Shown here piece by piece: positions 22,562-36,200 of a DNA stretch of 64,000 nucleotides. Source of the DNA: Nemertoderma westbladi (Eukaryota > Animalia > Xenacoelomorpha); assembly GCA_032718475.1 (NCBI GenBank), contig JAUCBJ010009123.1:4768-68767 (forward strand), read 5' to 3'. Below the pieces are notes generated by a model, which worked only from the letters and a program-made list of their open reading frames with translations, did not search any database and was not told where the DNA came from. Within the stretch, counting starts at the first letter, position 1, and every line of letters starts with the position of its first letter. The position numbers and the translations under genes are program-made.

Positions 22562-25500
22562 ATGAATAAACTATAAAATATATTTTCTGTATGAATATAC
22601 TATAAAATATATTTTCTGTACGAATATACTACCGGTATAAAATATATTTTCTGTATGAATATACTATAAAATATATTTTCTGTATGAATATACTATAAAA
22701 TATATTTTCTGTATGAATATACTATAAAATATATTTTCTGTACGAATATACTATAAAATATATTTTCTGTACGAATATACTATAAAATATATTTTCTGTA
22801 TGAATATACTATAAAATATATTTTCTGTATGAATATACTATAAAATATATTTTCTGTATGAATATACTATAAAATATATTTTCTGTATGAATATACTATA
22901 AAATATATTTTCTGTATGAATATACTATAAAATATATTTTCTGTATGAATATACTATAAAATATATTTTCTGTATGAATATACTATAAAATATATTTTCT
23001 GTACGAATATACTATAAAATATATTTTCTGTACGAATATACTATAAAATATATTTTCTGTATGAATATACTATAAAATATATTTTCTGTATGAATATACT
23101 ATAAAATATATTTTCTGTATGAATATACTATAAAATATATTTTCTGTACGAATATACTATAAAATATATTTTCTGTACGAATATACTATAAAATATATTT
23201 TCTGTATGAATATACTATAAAATATATTTTCTGTATGAATATACTATAAAATATATTTTCTGTACGAATATACTATAAAATATATTTTCTGTACGAATAT
23301 ACTATAAAATATATTTTCTGTACGAATATACTATAAAATATATTTTCTGTACGAATATACTATAAAATATATTTTCTGTACGAATATACTATAAAATATA
23401 TTTTCTGTATGAATATACTATAAAATATATTTTCTGTATGAATATACTATAAAATATATTTTCTGTATGAATATACTATAAAATATATTTTCTGTATGAA
23501 TATACTATAAAATATATTTTCTGTATCGAATATACTATAAAATATATTTTCTGTACGAATATACTATAAAATATATTTTCTGTATGAATATACTATAAAA
23601 TATATTTTCTGTATGAATATACTATAAAATATATTTTCTGTATGAATATACTATAAAATATATTTTCTGTATGAATATACTATAAAATATATTTTCTGTA
23701 TGAATATACTATAAAATATATTTTCTGTACGAATATACTATAAAATATATTTTCTGTATGAATATACTATAAAATATATTTTCTGTATGAATATACTATA
23801 AAATATATTTTCTGTACGAATATACTATAAAATATATTTTCTGTATGAATATACTATAAAATATATTTTCTGTATGAATATACTATAAAATATATTTTCT
23901 GTATGAATATACTATAAAATATATTTTCTGTATGAATATACTATAAAATATATTTTCTGTATGAATATACTATAAAATATATTTTCTGTATGAATATACT
24001 ATAAAATATATTTTCTGTATGAATATACTATAAAATATATTTTCTGTACGAATATACTACGGTATAAAATATATTTTCTGTATGAATATACTATAAAATA
24101 TATTTTCTGTATGAATATACTATAAAATATATTTTCTGTATGAATATACTATAAAATATATTTTCTGTACGAATATACTATAAAATATATTTTCTGTATG
24201 AATATACTATAAAATATATTTTCTGTATGAATATACTATAAAATATATTTTCTGTATGAATATACTATAAAATATATTTTCTGTATGAATATACTATAAA
24301 ATATATTTTCTGTATGAATATACTATAAAATATATTTTCTGTACGAATATACTATAAAATATATTTTCTGTATGAATATACTATAAAATATATTTTCTGT
24401 ACGAATATACTATAAAATATATTTTCTGTACGAATATACTATAAAATATATTTTCTGTATGAATATACTATAAAATATATTTTCTGTATGAATATACTAT
24501 AAAATATATTTTCTGTATGAATATACTATAAAATATATTTTCTGTATGAATATACTATAAAATATATTTTCTGTATGAATATACTATAAAATATATTTTC
24601 TGTACGAATATACTATAAAATATATTTTCTGTATGAATATACTATAAAATATATTTTCTGTATGAATATACTATAAAATATATTTTCTGTATGAATATAC
24701 TATAAAATATATTTTCTGTATGAATATACTATAAAATATATTTTCTGTACGAATATACTATAAAATATATTTTCTGTACGAATATACTATAAAATATATT
24801 TTCTGTATGAATATACTATAAAATATATTTTCTGTACGAATATACTATAAAATATATTTTCTGTATGAATATACTATAAAATATATTTTCTGTACGAATA
24901 TACTATAAAATATATTTTCTGTACGAATATACTACTGTATAAAATATATTTTCTGTATGAATATACTATAAAATATATTTTCTGTATCGAATATACTATA
25001 AAATATATTTTCTGTATGAATATACTATAAAATATATTTTCTGTATGAATATACTATAAAATATATTTTCTGTATGAATATACTATAAAATATATTTTCT
25101 GTATGAATATACTATAAAATATATTTTCTGTATGAATATACTATAAAATATATTTTCTGTATGAATATACTATAAAATATATTTTCTGTATGAATATACT
25201 ATAAAATATATTTTCTGTATGAATATACTATAAAATATATTTTCTGTATGAATATACTATAAAATATATTTTCTGTATGAATATACTATAAAATATATTT
25301 TCTGTATGAATATACTATAAAATATATTTTCTGTACGAATATACTATAAAATATATTTTCTGTACGAATATACTATAAAATATATTTTCTGTATGAATAT
25401 ACTATAAAATATATTTTCTGTATGAATATACTATAAAATATATTTTCTGTATGAATATACTATAAAATATATTTTCTGTATGAATATACTATAAAATATA

Positions 25501-28445
25501 TTTTCTGTATGAATATACTATAAAATATATTTTCTGTATGAATATACTATAAAATATATTTTCTGTATGAATATACTATAAAATATATTTTCTGTACGAA
25601 TATACTATAAAATATATTTTCTGTACGAATATACTATAAAATATATTTTCTGTATGAATATACTATAAAATATATTTTCTGTATGAATATACTATAAAAT
25701 ATATTTTCTGTACGAATATACTATAAAATATATTTTCTGTACGAATATACTATAAAATATATTTTCTGTATTCGAATATACTATAAAATATATTTTCTGT
25801 ATGAATATACTATAAAATATATTTTCTGTACGAATATACTATAACATATATTTTCTGTACGAATATACTATAAAATATATTTTCTGTATGAATATACTAT
25901 AAAATATATTTTCTGTATGAATATACTATAAAATATATTTTCTGTATGAATATACTATAAAATATATTTTCTGTATGAATATACTATAAAATATATTTTC
26001 TGTATGAATATACTATAAAATATATTTTCTGTATGAATATACTATAAAATATATTTTTCTGTATGAATATACTATAAAATATATTTTCTGTATGAATATA
26101 CTATAAAATATATTTTCTGTATGAATATACTATAAAATATATTTTCTGTATGAATAAACTATAAAATATATTTTCTGTATGAATATACTATAAAATATAT
26201 TTTCTGTACGAATATACTACCGTAAAATATATTTTCTGTATGAATATACTATAAAATATATTTTCTGTATGAATATACTATAAAATATATTTTCTGTATG
26301 AATATACTATAAAATATATTTTCTGTATGAATATACTATAAAATATATTTTCTGTATGAATATACTATAAAATATATTTTCTGTATGAATATACTATAAA
26401 ATATATTTTCTGTATGAATATACTATAAAATATATTTTCTGTATGAATATACTATAAAATATATTTTCTGAATATACTATAAAATATATTTTCTGTACGA
26501 ATATACTATAAAATATATTTTCTGTACGAATATACTATAAAATATATTTTCTGTATGAATATACTATAAAATATATTTTCTGTATGAATATACTATAAAA
26601 TATATTTTCTGTACGAATATACTATAAAATATATTTTCTGTACGAATATACTATAAAATATATTTTCTGTATTCGAATATACTATAAAATATATTTTCTG
26701 TATGAATATACTATAAAATATATTTTCTGTACGAATATACTATAAAATATATTTTCTGTATGAATATACTATAAAATATATTTTCTGTATGAATATACTA
26801 TAAAATATATTTTCTGTATGAATATACTATAAAATATATTTTCTGTATGAATATACTATAAAATATATTTTCTGTACGAATATACTATAAAATATATTTT
26901 CTGTATGAATATCCTATAAAATATATTTTCTGTATGAATATACTATAAAATATATTTTCTGTATGAATATACTATAAAATATATTTTCTGTATGAATATA
27001 CTATAAAATATATTTTCTGTATGAATATACTATAAAATATATTTTCTGTACGAATATACTATAAAATATATTTTCTGTATGAATATCCTATAAAATATAT
27101 TTTCTGTATGAATATACTATAAAATATATTTTCTGTATGAATATACTATAAAATATATTTTCTGTATGAATATACTATAAAATATATTTTCTGTACGAAT
27201 ATACTATAAAATATATTTTCTGTATGAATATACTATAAAATATATTTTCTGTACGAATATACTATAAAATATATTTTCTGTACGAATATACTATAAAATA
27301 TATTTTCTGTATGAATATACTATAAAATATATTTTCTGTATTCGAATATACTATAAAATATATTTTCTGTATGAATATACTATAAAATATATTTTCTGTA
27401 TTCGAATATACTATAAAATATATTTTCTGTATGAATATACTATAAAATATATTTTCTGTACGAATTGACTATAAAATATATTTTCTGTACGAATATACTA
27501 TAAAATATATTTTCTGTATGAATATACTATAAAATATATTTTCTGTATGAATATACTATAAAATATATTTTCTGTATGAATATACTATAAAATATATTTT
27601 CTGTATGAATATACTATAAAATATATTATCTGTACGAATATACTATAAAATATATTTTCTGTATGAATATACTATAAAATATATTTTCTGTATGAATATA
27701 CTATAAAATATATTTTCTGTATGAATATACTATAAAATATATTTTCTGTATGAATATACTATAAAATATATTTTCTGTATGAATATACTATAAAATATAT
27801 TTTCTGTATGAATATACTATAAAATATATTTTCTGTATGAATAAACTATAAAATATATTTTCTGTACGAATATACTATAAAATATATTTTCTGTATGAAT
27901 ATACTATAAAATATATTTTCTGTATGAATATACTATAAAATATATTTTCTGTACGAATATACTATAAAATATATTTTCTGTATTCGAATATACTATAAAA
28001 TATATTTTCTGTATGAATATACTATAAAATATATTTTCTGTATGAATATACTATAAAATATATTTTCTGTACGAATATACTATAAAATATATTTTCTGTA
28101 CGAATATACTATAAAATATATTTTCTGTACGAATATACTATAAAATATATTTTCTGTACGAATATACTATAAAATATATTTTCTGTATGAATATACTATA
28201 AAATATATTTTCTGTATGAATATACTATAAAATATATTTTCTGTATGAATATACTATAAAATATATTTTCTGTATGAATATACTATAAAATATATTTTCT
28301 GTATGAATATACTATAAAATATATTTTCTGTATGAATATACTATAAAATATATTTTCTGTATGAATATACTATAAAATATATTTTCTGTATGAATATACT
28401 ATAAAATATATTTTCTGTATGAATATACTATAAAATATATTTTCT
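22562..28445 (+). repeat. 29-bp satellite, right block, ~200 units
   Basis: Directly visible period of 29. Resumes in register after the LTR. Confidence 0.97.
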
Positions 28446-28738
28446 AGAATCCCGTATCAGAGCAATTTCTACGAAAAGAGTAAAATTATCGGAAGTAATG
28501 GTATATTATACGACATTTATTTAAAATTATACGGAAATTATTTCAGCTAGTTTTCGTAGCAATATTCGAAAATAACAATAAACTGATATTATTCAATTTT
28601 TTAGAGGTGAATTTACGGATATACTGTTTTCACCTGAAGCCTAATAAACCGTAAAACTACCGAGGCCGAAGGCCGAGGTTGTTATACAAGTTTTTTGCTA
28701 AAGGTGAATATATTATCCGTATTATTCGTGTATGCGAA

Positions 28739-30266
28739 AATTAACAATAAACATACAATATTGCAATGTTCTAGAGTTAATATACGGAAATAATAACCTG
28801 AAGCGAATAAAACTGAATAATACTGATGCCGTTCCAGAAGCAAATTAACCTGTATAATTACCGTGGCCGCTGGCCGAGATAATTATGCTAGGTTAATTTG
28901 CTGAAGGATAAGGCAGAAGTGATTATTACAGTTTTATTCGCTGAAGGTTTATATTTCCGTATATTAACTCTAGAACATTGCAATATTGTGTTTATTGTTA
29001 ATTAGAGCATATTGAACGAACAACATGACAGCTTACTTTGTATTTTTAAGGATCGTTTCTCATACAATATACGTGTATTCAATCTTGCGTAGCATTTAAA
29101 TCTATTTCCTTGAATTAATATCGCTCCAGAGGTCGTGGGTTTGTTCCCCTGCAGGCGGGCCAGGATAGTTTTCGTTTTGGCACAAATGCATATTAAAGGG
29201 ACTAACCAAACCAGGGCGCTCGCATATTTGCTTTATTAATTAAATTGTCGTTAAATGAGTACCAGTTATCTCATTGCCTGTAAGGAGTTTTAATAGTTCT
29301 GTGGGGTCTATACTGGAAATGAGTTGTGTGACCTTATTTTCTATTTTTCGTACTTGTTACAAGGAGGTCTCCTTGTTTTTTTTTTCATTTCCGCATTCAT
29401 TGCCTCTAACATAAGGTAAGGACGACCGAGTCTGTGCAACTACTGTATATTTTTAATTTTTAATTATCTTATTTAATAAATTGTTGCAGAAATAACGTTA
29501 TTTTATTCAATACTAGACTCTTTTCACTGGTAAATTAATAAAGATAAACCAAATTTACTATGGATATTCATAATAATAATACGATTTGTTGGTATTTTTA
29601 AAAACACTAGCTACTGTACCATTTTTATGAATAGATTAACTACCATTGAAAACACTAGCTACCACAAAAATTTAACATGTAACGAGTCGGAAATATGTAC
29701 CAAAACATAAATCACTAGCCAAAACAGCTATACAAAGGCAGAATTATGGTGACACGGGTTAGTTTAGTTACACAAGTACCCCCCCCCCCCCCCCCCCCCC
29801 GGTAAAATTTAATAAAATTAATAAGATGGCAAACAACGAAAAGATCTTCACTGTGCCGTTTCTATCTAATTTAATGATGCTCGCATGGCTTTTGGTGAGG
29901 TCAGATTGTAATAAGAGTTATATCATTCTTACGAATACTGGAGTAGAATTTAAAGTGCCAATCTGTCAATCATATTGAGATGGTCATTTTGCTTAATGTG
30001 AAATATATAGCTACAGTACATTATTGAAAGAAACCGTAGCAAGTTTGGTATATTGCTGAACCATGGGATAATACATAAAATTATATGAATACTGTATATA
30101 CTGCAACATATATTTTCTAGAATCCCTTATCAGAGCAATTTCTAAGAAAAGAGTATAATTTTAGGAAAAAATAGTATTATACAACATTTATAGAACATTT
30201 TTTTTAAATTATACGATTATAAATTTACCTAGTTTCCGTAGCAATATGCGAAAATTAACAATAAAC
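28739..30266 (+). mobile_element. Hairpin-capped interspersed element, copy 2 (unexpanded), preceded by a diverged hairpin at ~28590-28745
   Basis: ~265-bp hairpin 28739-29002. The body is homologous to copy 1. Confidence 0.75.
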
Positions 30267-30298
30267 AGTAATAATTATTGTTTTATCTGTTTATGCTT

Positions 30299-31769
30299 GT
30301 GAGGTTTGATCAAGAAATCGACCTACCGTTGCAAAATATTATTTCACACATAATTAGAGGTTGAAGTCAAAATAGTTCATTTGGTTTTAAAAAATCGAAT
30401 TTTATTTTTTTACTTTTTCTAGATCAGAATTTTTTGGTAATTCTGAAACTGTAAGCGAAATTTTCATATCTATTTTAGTTTTGGAGTTATTTGATTTTTT
30501 GTAGACCTCACTCATTTTGAAATTATTATAAATAAGTAGCCTGTTCAGTGATTTCATTTCAATTGTTACTTTCCACGGCTGACGGATCATAGACTGTCGA
30601 TCAGTCTGTTTGTATGTCTGTCTGTGTGTCAGTTTGTCTGTCAAAAATAGGGAAACATGATATCTAACAAAATGTTTTGGTTTGGGAATTTTCTTGGAAG
30701 GCGATTCCATTTCCAATGTCGATTTATGGGTTTGACGCGATCCTGACTGTCTGAATTAGTGTTAGTCAGTCTGTCTGTCTGTCTGTGTGTCGGTTTGTCT
30801 GTCAAAACTTATGGAAACATGATATCTAACAAAATGTTTTGCTTTTGGGTGAAATGAAATCACCGACCAAGAAAACCCCATAATTGTTAGTTAATTTGAG
30901 ATATTTCTCAATTTTGACAGACAAACAGATAGACAGACCGACCGACAGACAGACAGACGAACAAACATTAACTAATCAATCAAACGTAAAAATAGATATC
31001 GGAAATGAAATCACCGACCAAGAAAACCCTATAAATAAATTTGTTTGTTGATTTGATTTAGTTCCCAATTTTGACAAACAAACAGACAGACAGACAGAAC
31101 GTCTAGATTTCTTCAAACTGAAAAAGTGAAATTTGAACTGTAATTACCACCCAGTGACATTTTAAATGTTATCAGAAAAACTCTATAAGACATATTTTGA
31201 GTAGTTTGTGCGCTTCTTAAATTTTAACAGACAGACAGACATACCAAAAACTGACTGACATGCAGACAATCGTCTAGAATCAAACCGACATCGTATTTGA
31301 AATCATCGGCAAATAAAAACCGAATAGCAAAAAAATGTAGGTGGTGGTGCTTTATTTATTTATTTGTTACATTTTTGACAGACAAACAAACAAGTATTCA
31401 GAAAAACAGGCATAGTGACCTCCAATAGAAATAAAAATTAAAATATTGTCGCCAAAGGTCCATACACTGATGTGTATCAGAATTCTGACGTATATACCTA
31501 ATTTTTTACAAGTCTGCTTTGAAATATCGTAAAAGTTTACATTTGAAAATTTGAAACTGTCATAACTTGAAAGGCGTTTTTCTCAAAACTTTGTTAATGT
31601 TTGGTCATAAGACTACTAATTTTCAAAACTCAGTATCTCGACAACACTTTATCGGATTTGAAATCTGTTTTCAGTGTTCGATTCAGCATAAAAATGTGTA
31701 TTTGAATCAATAAAAAAAACACAAAATTATTCTTTGTAACCGTAGGTCGGTTTCTTGATCAAACCTCAC
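30299..31769. mobile_element. Non-autonomous TIR DNA transposon (~1.47 kb) with internal inverted (CAGA)n-containing sub-repeats
   Basis: GTGAGGTTTGATCAAGAAATCGACCTACCGTTGCAAA vs TTTGTAACCGTAGGTCGGTTTCTTGATCAAACCTCAC. No clear TSD seen. Confidence 0.8.
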
Positions 31770-32460
31770 CAAAACACAATATTACTAGAAAGCCAGCAAG
31801 CTGACTAAAAGAAGACCGTCTATAAGACAACAAAACCGAAAAACTAAATGATATTCTAATCCCCAATCAAATATCAATCACAATCAATATGTAAACCTCT
31901 CCCACCCTCCATGCAGCCTTGGAGGAAGCAGAATTAATGTTCTCAACAGAAAACCCACCCCAACCATTTGATTTACTGAGACACACTCTTCCCAGCTGGC
32001 TAGAATTAAATAATTATACAACGTTGCTATGATACAGAGAAAATCCTTCCCCATTCACTACCATAGGCAAAGTTGAGGCTGCGTGAGGGAAATATTACAT
32101 ATTTATACACTATTTAATCAATAAATAATCATACATCTTCATATTAAACACTCGAATATAATAAAAACTTTGTGAGAATGGGACACGGCGATTCGACCTG
32201 AGCTATTTTTATACAACGTGAGCTTAATTTTACCCGCTTAAATAATTATTAACCGAAATAAGATCCCAAATAATCGATACATTTCTTTGTATACAGTAGT
32301 TGGCCACGAAGTAGAGCTCTTCTTACCCTTCCAAGCCAATATCAATGTGCACAAACATACATACAGACAAACACCCACACACACATACATACGTTTTTTT
32401 GACAGCAAGAAGCCCTGAGGTCCTCTAATTATAATTCTATATAATGTATTTTTTATTTAG

Positions 32461-32700
32461 TTTCTATGGGTTACAATGATTGAACCATCCGATGCAGCAT
32501 CAGTCCTCTGCATGAATCTCTATGACGATATATCCGGGGAACCAATCAGATCATTTCCTTTATTAACTTTAGATAAAGATAACTTCAGTGACGGAGCGGA
32601 GGATGTCGGTGTAGATATGGATTTGGATGTTATCTTGGTGTTTCGGAAACACAGAGGAAGATGGGCAGTAGATATATTTCAATTATTCGAAAATGAGTGA
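32461..32700 (+). CDS. DCAF17: DCAF17 terminal coding exon
   Basis: FLWVTMIE...LYDDISGEPIRSFPL...VDMDLDVILVF...VDIFQL* parallels human LLSVVAV...FHCNEYGTLLKSIPL...VYFDRDLVLHI...CYVYQM. Confidence 0.8.
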   Translation, partial: FLWVTMIEPSDAASVLCMNLYDDISGEPIRSFPLLTLDKDNFSDGAEDVGVDMDLDVILVFRKHRGRWAVDIFQLFENE

Positions 32701-33210
32701 AATATACAGGCCGGTTTGGCCCTCGACCCGATGTTACCGTCACAATGAAATACCGCGAACTGCGGACCCGGTCGAACACTTGTCGCCCGATTAAATAAAT
32801 TCCTGATCCTGACGTGAGTCAAGCGGAATCGACGTAAAATCAAATCCAGATGAAAACATAGAGTATGTGCGACACAAATATAAGTAATAAGTTTCACAAG
32901 ATCACAGGATTCCCTTATTATTTATTGTGTTCTGTTTATGGCGAAATGGTGAGCACTTCGCACTTCCTTAGTCGAGTTTTTCACTAACTTATGATTTTTA
33001 ACGTTGTAGTAAACTTTAACTTCAAGACTTCATTTTAACTATTAATGCTTAATATGGTTTAATTAATATATTGCCTCCATTTATTTTTTAATTTGAAAAT
33101 TTAATTATCTCTAACTAAATAATTATAATTATACACCGGGAATATTTACCGGGAATAGTGTTAATTTCCGAGCTCCAGCGAGTTTTTACGACTTGCATTC
33201 TCTTCCTTTG

Positions 33211-36200
33211 GATTACCGCTTGGACTCGGTGTATCAGACAGCTGGTGCTTCCTATTCCTACACCGGTATATTACCGCTTGGACCCGGTGTATCACTTATC
33301 AGACACCTGATGCTTCCTACACCAGCAGATTATCGCTTGGACTCGGTGTATCAGACAGGCTGGTGCTTCCTACACCGGTAGATTACCGCTTGGACGCAGT
33401 GTATCAGACAGCTGGTGCTTCCTACACCGGTAGATTACCGCTTGGACTTGGTGTAATAGACAGCTGGTGCTTCCTACACCAGCAGATTATCGCTTGGACT
33501 CGGTGTATCAGACAGGCTGGTGCTTCCTACACCGGTAGATTACCGCTTGGACCCGGTGTACCAGACAGGCCGGTGCTTCCTACACTGGTAGATTACCACT
33601 TGGACCCGGTGTATCAGACATCTAGCTGGTGCTTCCTACACCGGTAGATTACCGCTTGGACCCAGTGTATCAGACACCTGGTGCTTCCTATACCGGTAGA
33701 TTACCGCTTGGACTCGGTGTATCAGACACCTGGTGCTTCCTACACCAGTAGATTGCCACTTGGACCCAGTGTATTAGACAGCTGGTGTTTCCTACACCGG
33801 TAGATTACCGCTTGGACCCAGTGTATCAGACAGCTGGTGCTTCCTACACCAGTAGATTACCGCTTGGACCCAGTGTATCAGACAGCTGGTGCTTCCTACA
33901 CCAGTAGATTGCCGCTTGGACCCGGTGTATCAGACAGCTGGTGCTTCCTACACCAGTAGATTGCCGCTTGGACCCGGTGTATTAGACAGCTGGTGTTTCC
34001 TACACCGGTAGATTACCGCTTGGACCCAGTGTATCAGACAGCTGGTGCTTCCTACACCAGTAGATTGCCGCTTGGACCCGGTGTAATAGACAGCTGGTGC
34101 TTCCTACACCAGTAGATTGCCGCTTGAACCCAGTGTATCAGCAGATGGTGCTTCCTATTCCTACACCGGTCGATTACCGCTTGAACCCGGTGTATCAGGC
34201 AGCTGGTGCTTCCTACACCGGTAGATTACCGCTTGGACCCGGTGTACCAGACAGCTGGTGCTTCCTTCACCAGTAGATTACCGCTTGAACCCGGTGTATC
34301 AGACAGCTGGTGCTTCCTACACTGGTAGATTACCGCTTGGACCCGGTGTATCAGACAGCTGGTGCTTCCTACACCAGTAGATTACCGCTTGGACCCGGTG
34401 TATCAGACAGCTGGTGCTTCCTACACTGGTAGATTACCGCTTGGACCCGGTGTACCAGACAGCTGGTGCTTCCTTCACCAGTAGATTACCGCTTGAACCC
34501 GGTGTATCAGACAGCTGGTGCTTCCTACACTGGTAGATTACCGCTTGGACCCGGTGTATCAGACAGCTGGTGCTTCCTACCGGTAGATTACCACTTGAAC
34601 CCGATGTATCAGACAGCTGGTGCTTCCTACACCAGTAGATTACCGCTTGAACCCGGTGTATCAGCAGATGGTGCTTCCTATTCCTACACCGGTCGATTAC
34701 CGCTTGAACCCGGTGTATCAGGCAGCTGGTGCTTCCTACACCGGTAGATTACCACTTGGACCCGGTGTATCAGACAGCTAGCTGGTGCTTCCTACACCGG
34801 TAGATTACCGCTTGGACCCAGTGTATCAGACAGCTGGTGCTTCCTACACCGGTAGATTACCGCTTGGACCCAGTGTATCAAACAGCTGGTGCTTCCTACA
34901 CCGGTAGATTACCGCTTGGACTTGGTGTATCAGACAGCTGGTGCTTCCTACACCGGCGGTAGATTACCACTTGGACCCGGTGTATCAGACAGCTGGTGCT
35001 TCCTACACCGGTAGATTACCGCTTGGACCCAGTGTATCAGACAGCTGGTGCTTCCTACACCGGTAGATTACCACTTGGACCCGGTGTATCAGACAGCTAG
35101 CTGGTGCTTCCTACACCGGTAGATTACCGCTTGGACCCAGTGTATCAGCACAGCTGGTGCTTCCTACACCGGTAGATTACCACTTGGACCCGGTGTATCA
35201 GACAGCTAGCTGGTGCTTCCTACACCGGTAGATTACCGCTTGGACCCAGTGTATTAGACAGCTGGTGTTTCCTACACCAGTAGATTGCCGCTTGGACCCG
35301 GTGTATCAGACAGCTGGTGCTTCCTACCGGTAGATTACCACTTGCACCCGATGTATCAGACAGCTGGTGCTTCCTTCACCAGTAGATTACCGCTTGAACC
35401 CGGTGTATCAGACAGCTGGTGCTTCCTACACTGGTAGATTACCGCTTGGACCCGGTGTACCAGACAGCTGGTGCTTCCTTCACCAGTAGATTACCGCTTG
35501 AACCCGGTGTATCAGGCAGATGGTGCTTCCTATTCCTACACCGGTCGATTACCGCTTGAACCCGGTGTATCAGGCAGCTGGTGCTTCCTACACCGGTAGA
35601 TTACCGCTTGGACCCAGTGAAACAGACAGCTGGTGCTTCCTACACTGGTAGATTACCGCTTGGACCCGGTGTATCAGACAGCTAGCTGGTGCTTCCTACA
35701 CCGGCAGATTACCGCTTGGACTTGGTGAATCAGACAGCTGGTGCTTCCTATTCCTACACCGGTAGATTACCGCTTGGACCCAGTAAAACAGACAGCTGGT
35801 GCTTCCTACACCGGTAGATTACCACTTGGACCCGGTGTATCAGACAGCTAGCTGGTGCGTCCTACACCAGTAGATTACCACTTGGACCCGGTGTATCAGA
35901 CAGCTAGCTGGTGCTTCCTACAACGGTAGATTACCACTTGGACCCGGTGTATCAGACATCTGGTGCTTCCTACACCGGTAGATTACCGCTTGTACCCAGT
36001 GTATCAGACAGCTGGTGCTTCCTACACCGGTAGATTACCGCTTGGACTTGGTGTAATAGACAGCTGGTGCTTCCTACACCAGTAGATTGCCGCTTTGACC
36101 CGGTGTATCAGACAGCTGGTGCTTCCTACCGGTAGATTACCACTTGAACCCGATGTATCAGACAGCTGGTGCTTCCTACACCAGTAGATTACCGCTTGAA

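Larger units (their letters stand above)
13866..28583 (+). mobile_element. Hairpin-capped interspersed element, copy 1, split by the 29-bp satellite and LTR element
   Basis: 13866-14843 and 28446-28583 align with 28768-30082 and 30119-30266. ~200-bp terminal hairpin centred on CCGAGGCCGCAGGCCGAGG. Confidence 0.75.
13402..32460 (+). other. 19,059-bp GT-AG intron of DCAF17
   Basis: Donor GTTAGA at 13402 and acceptor TTTTTTATTTAG ending at 32460. The phase-0 join restores a full DCAF17-like C-terminus. Confidence 0.8.
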
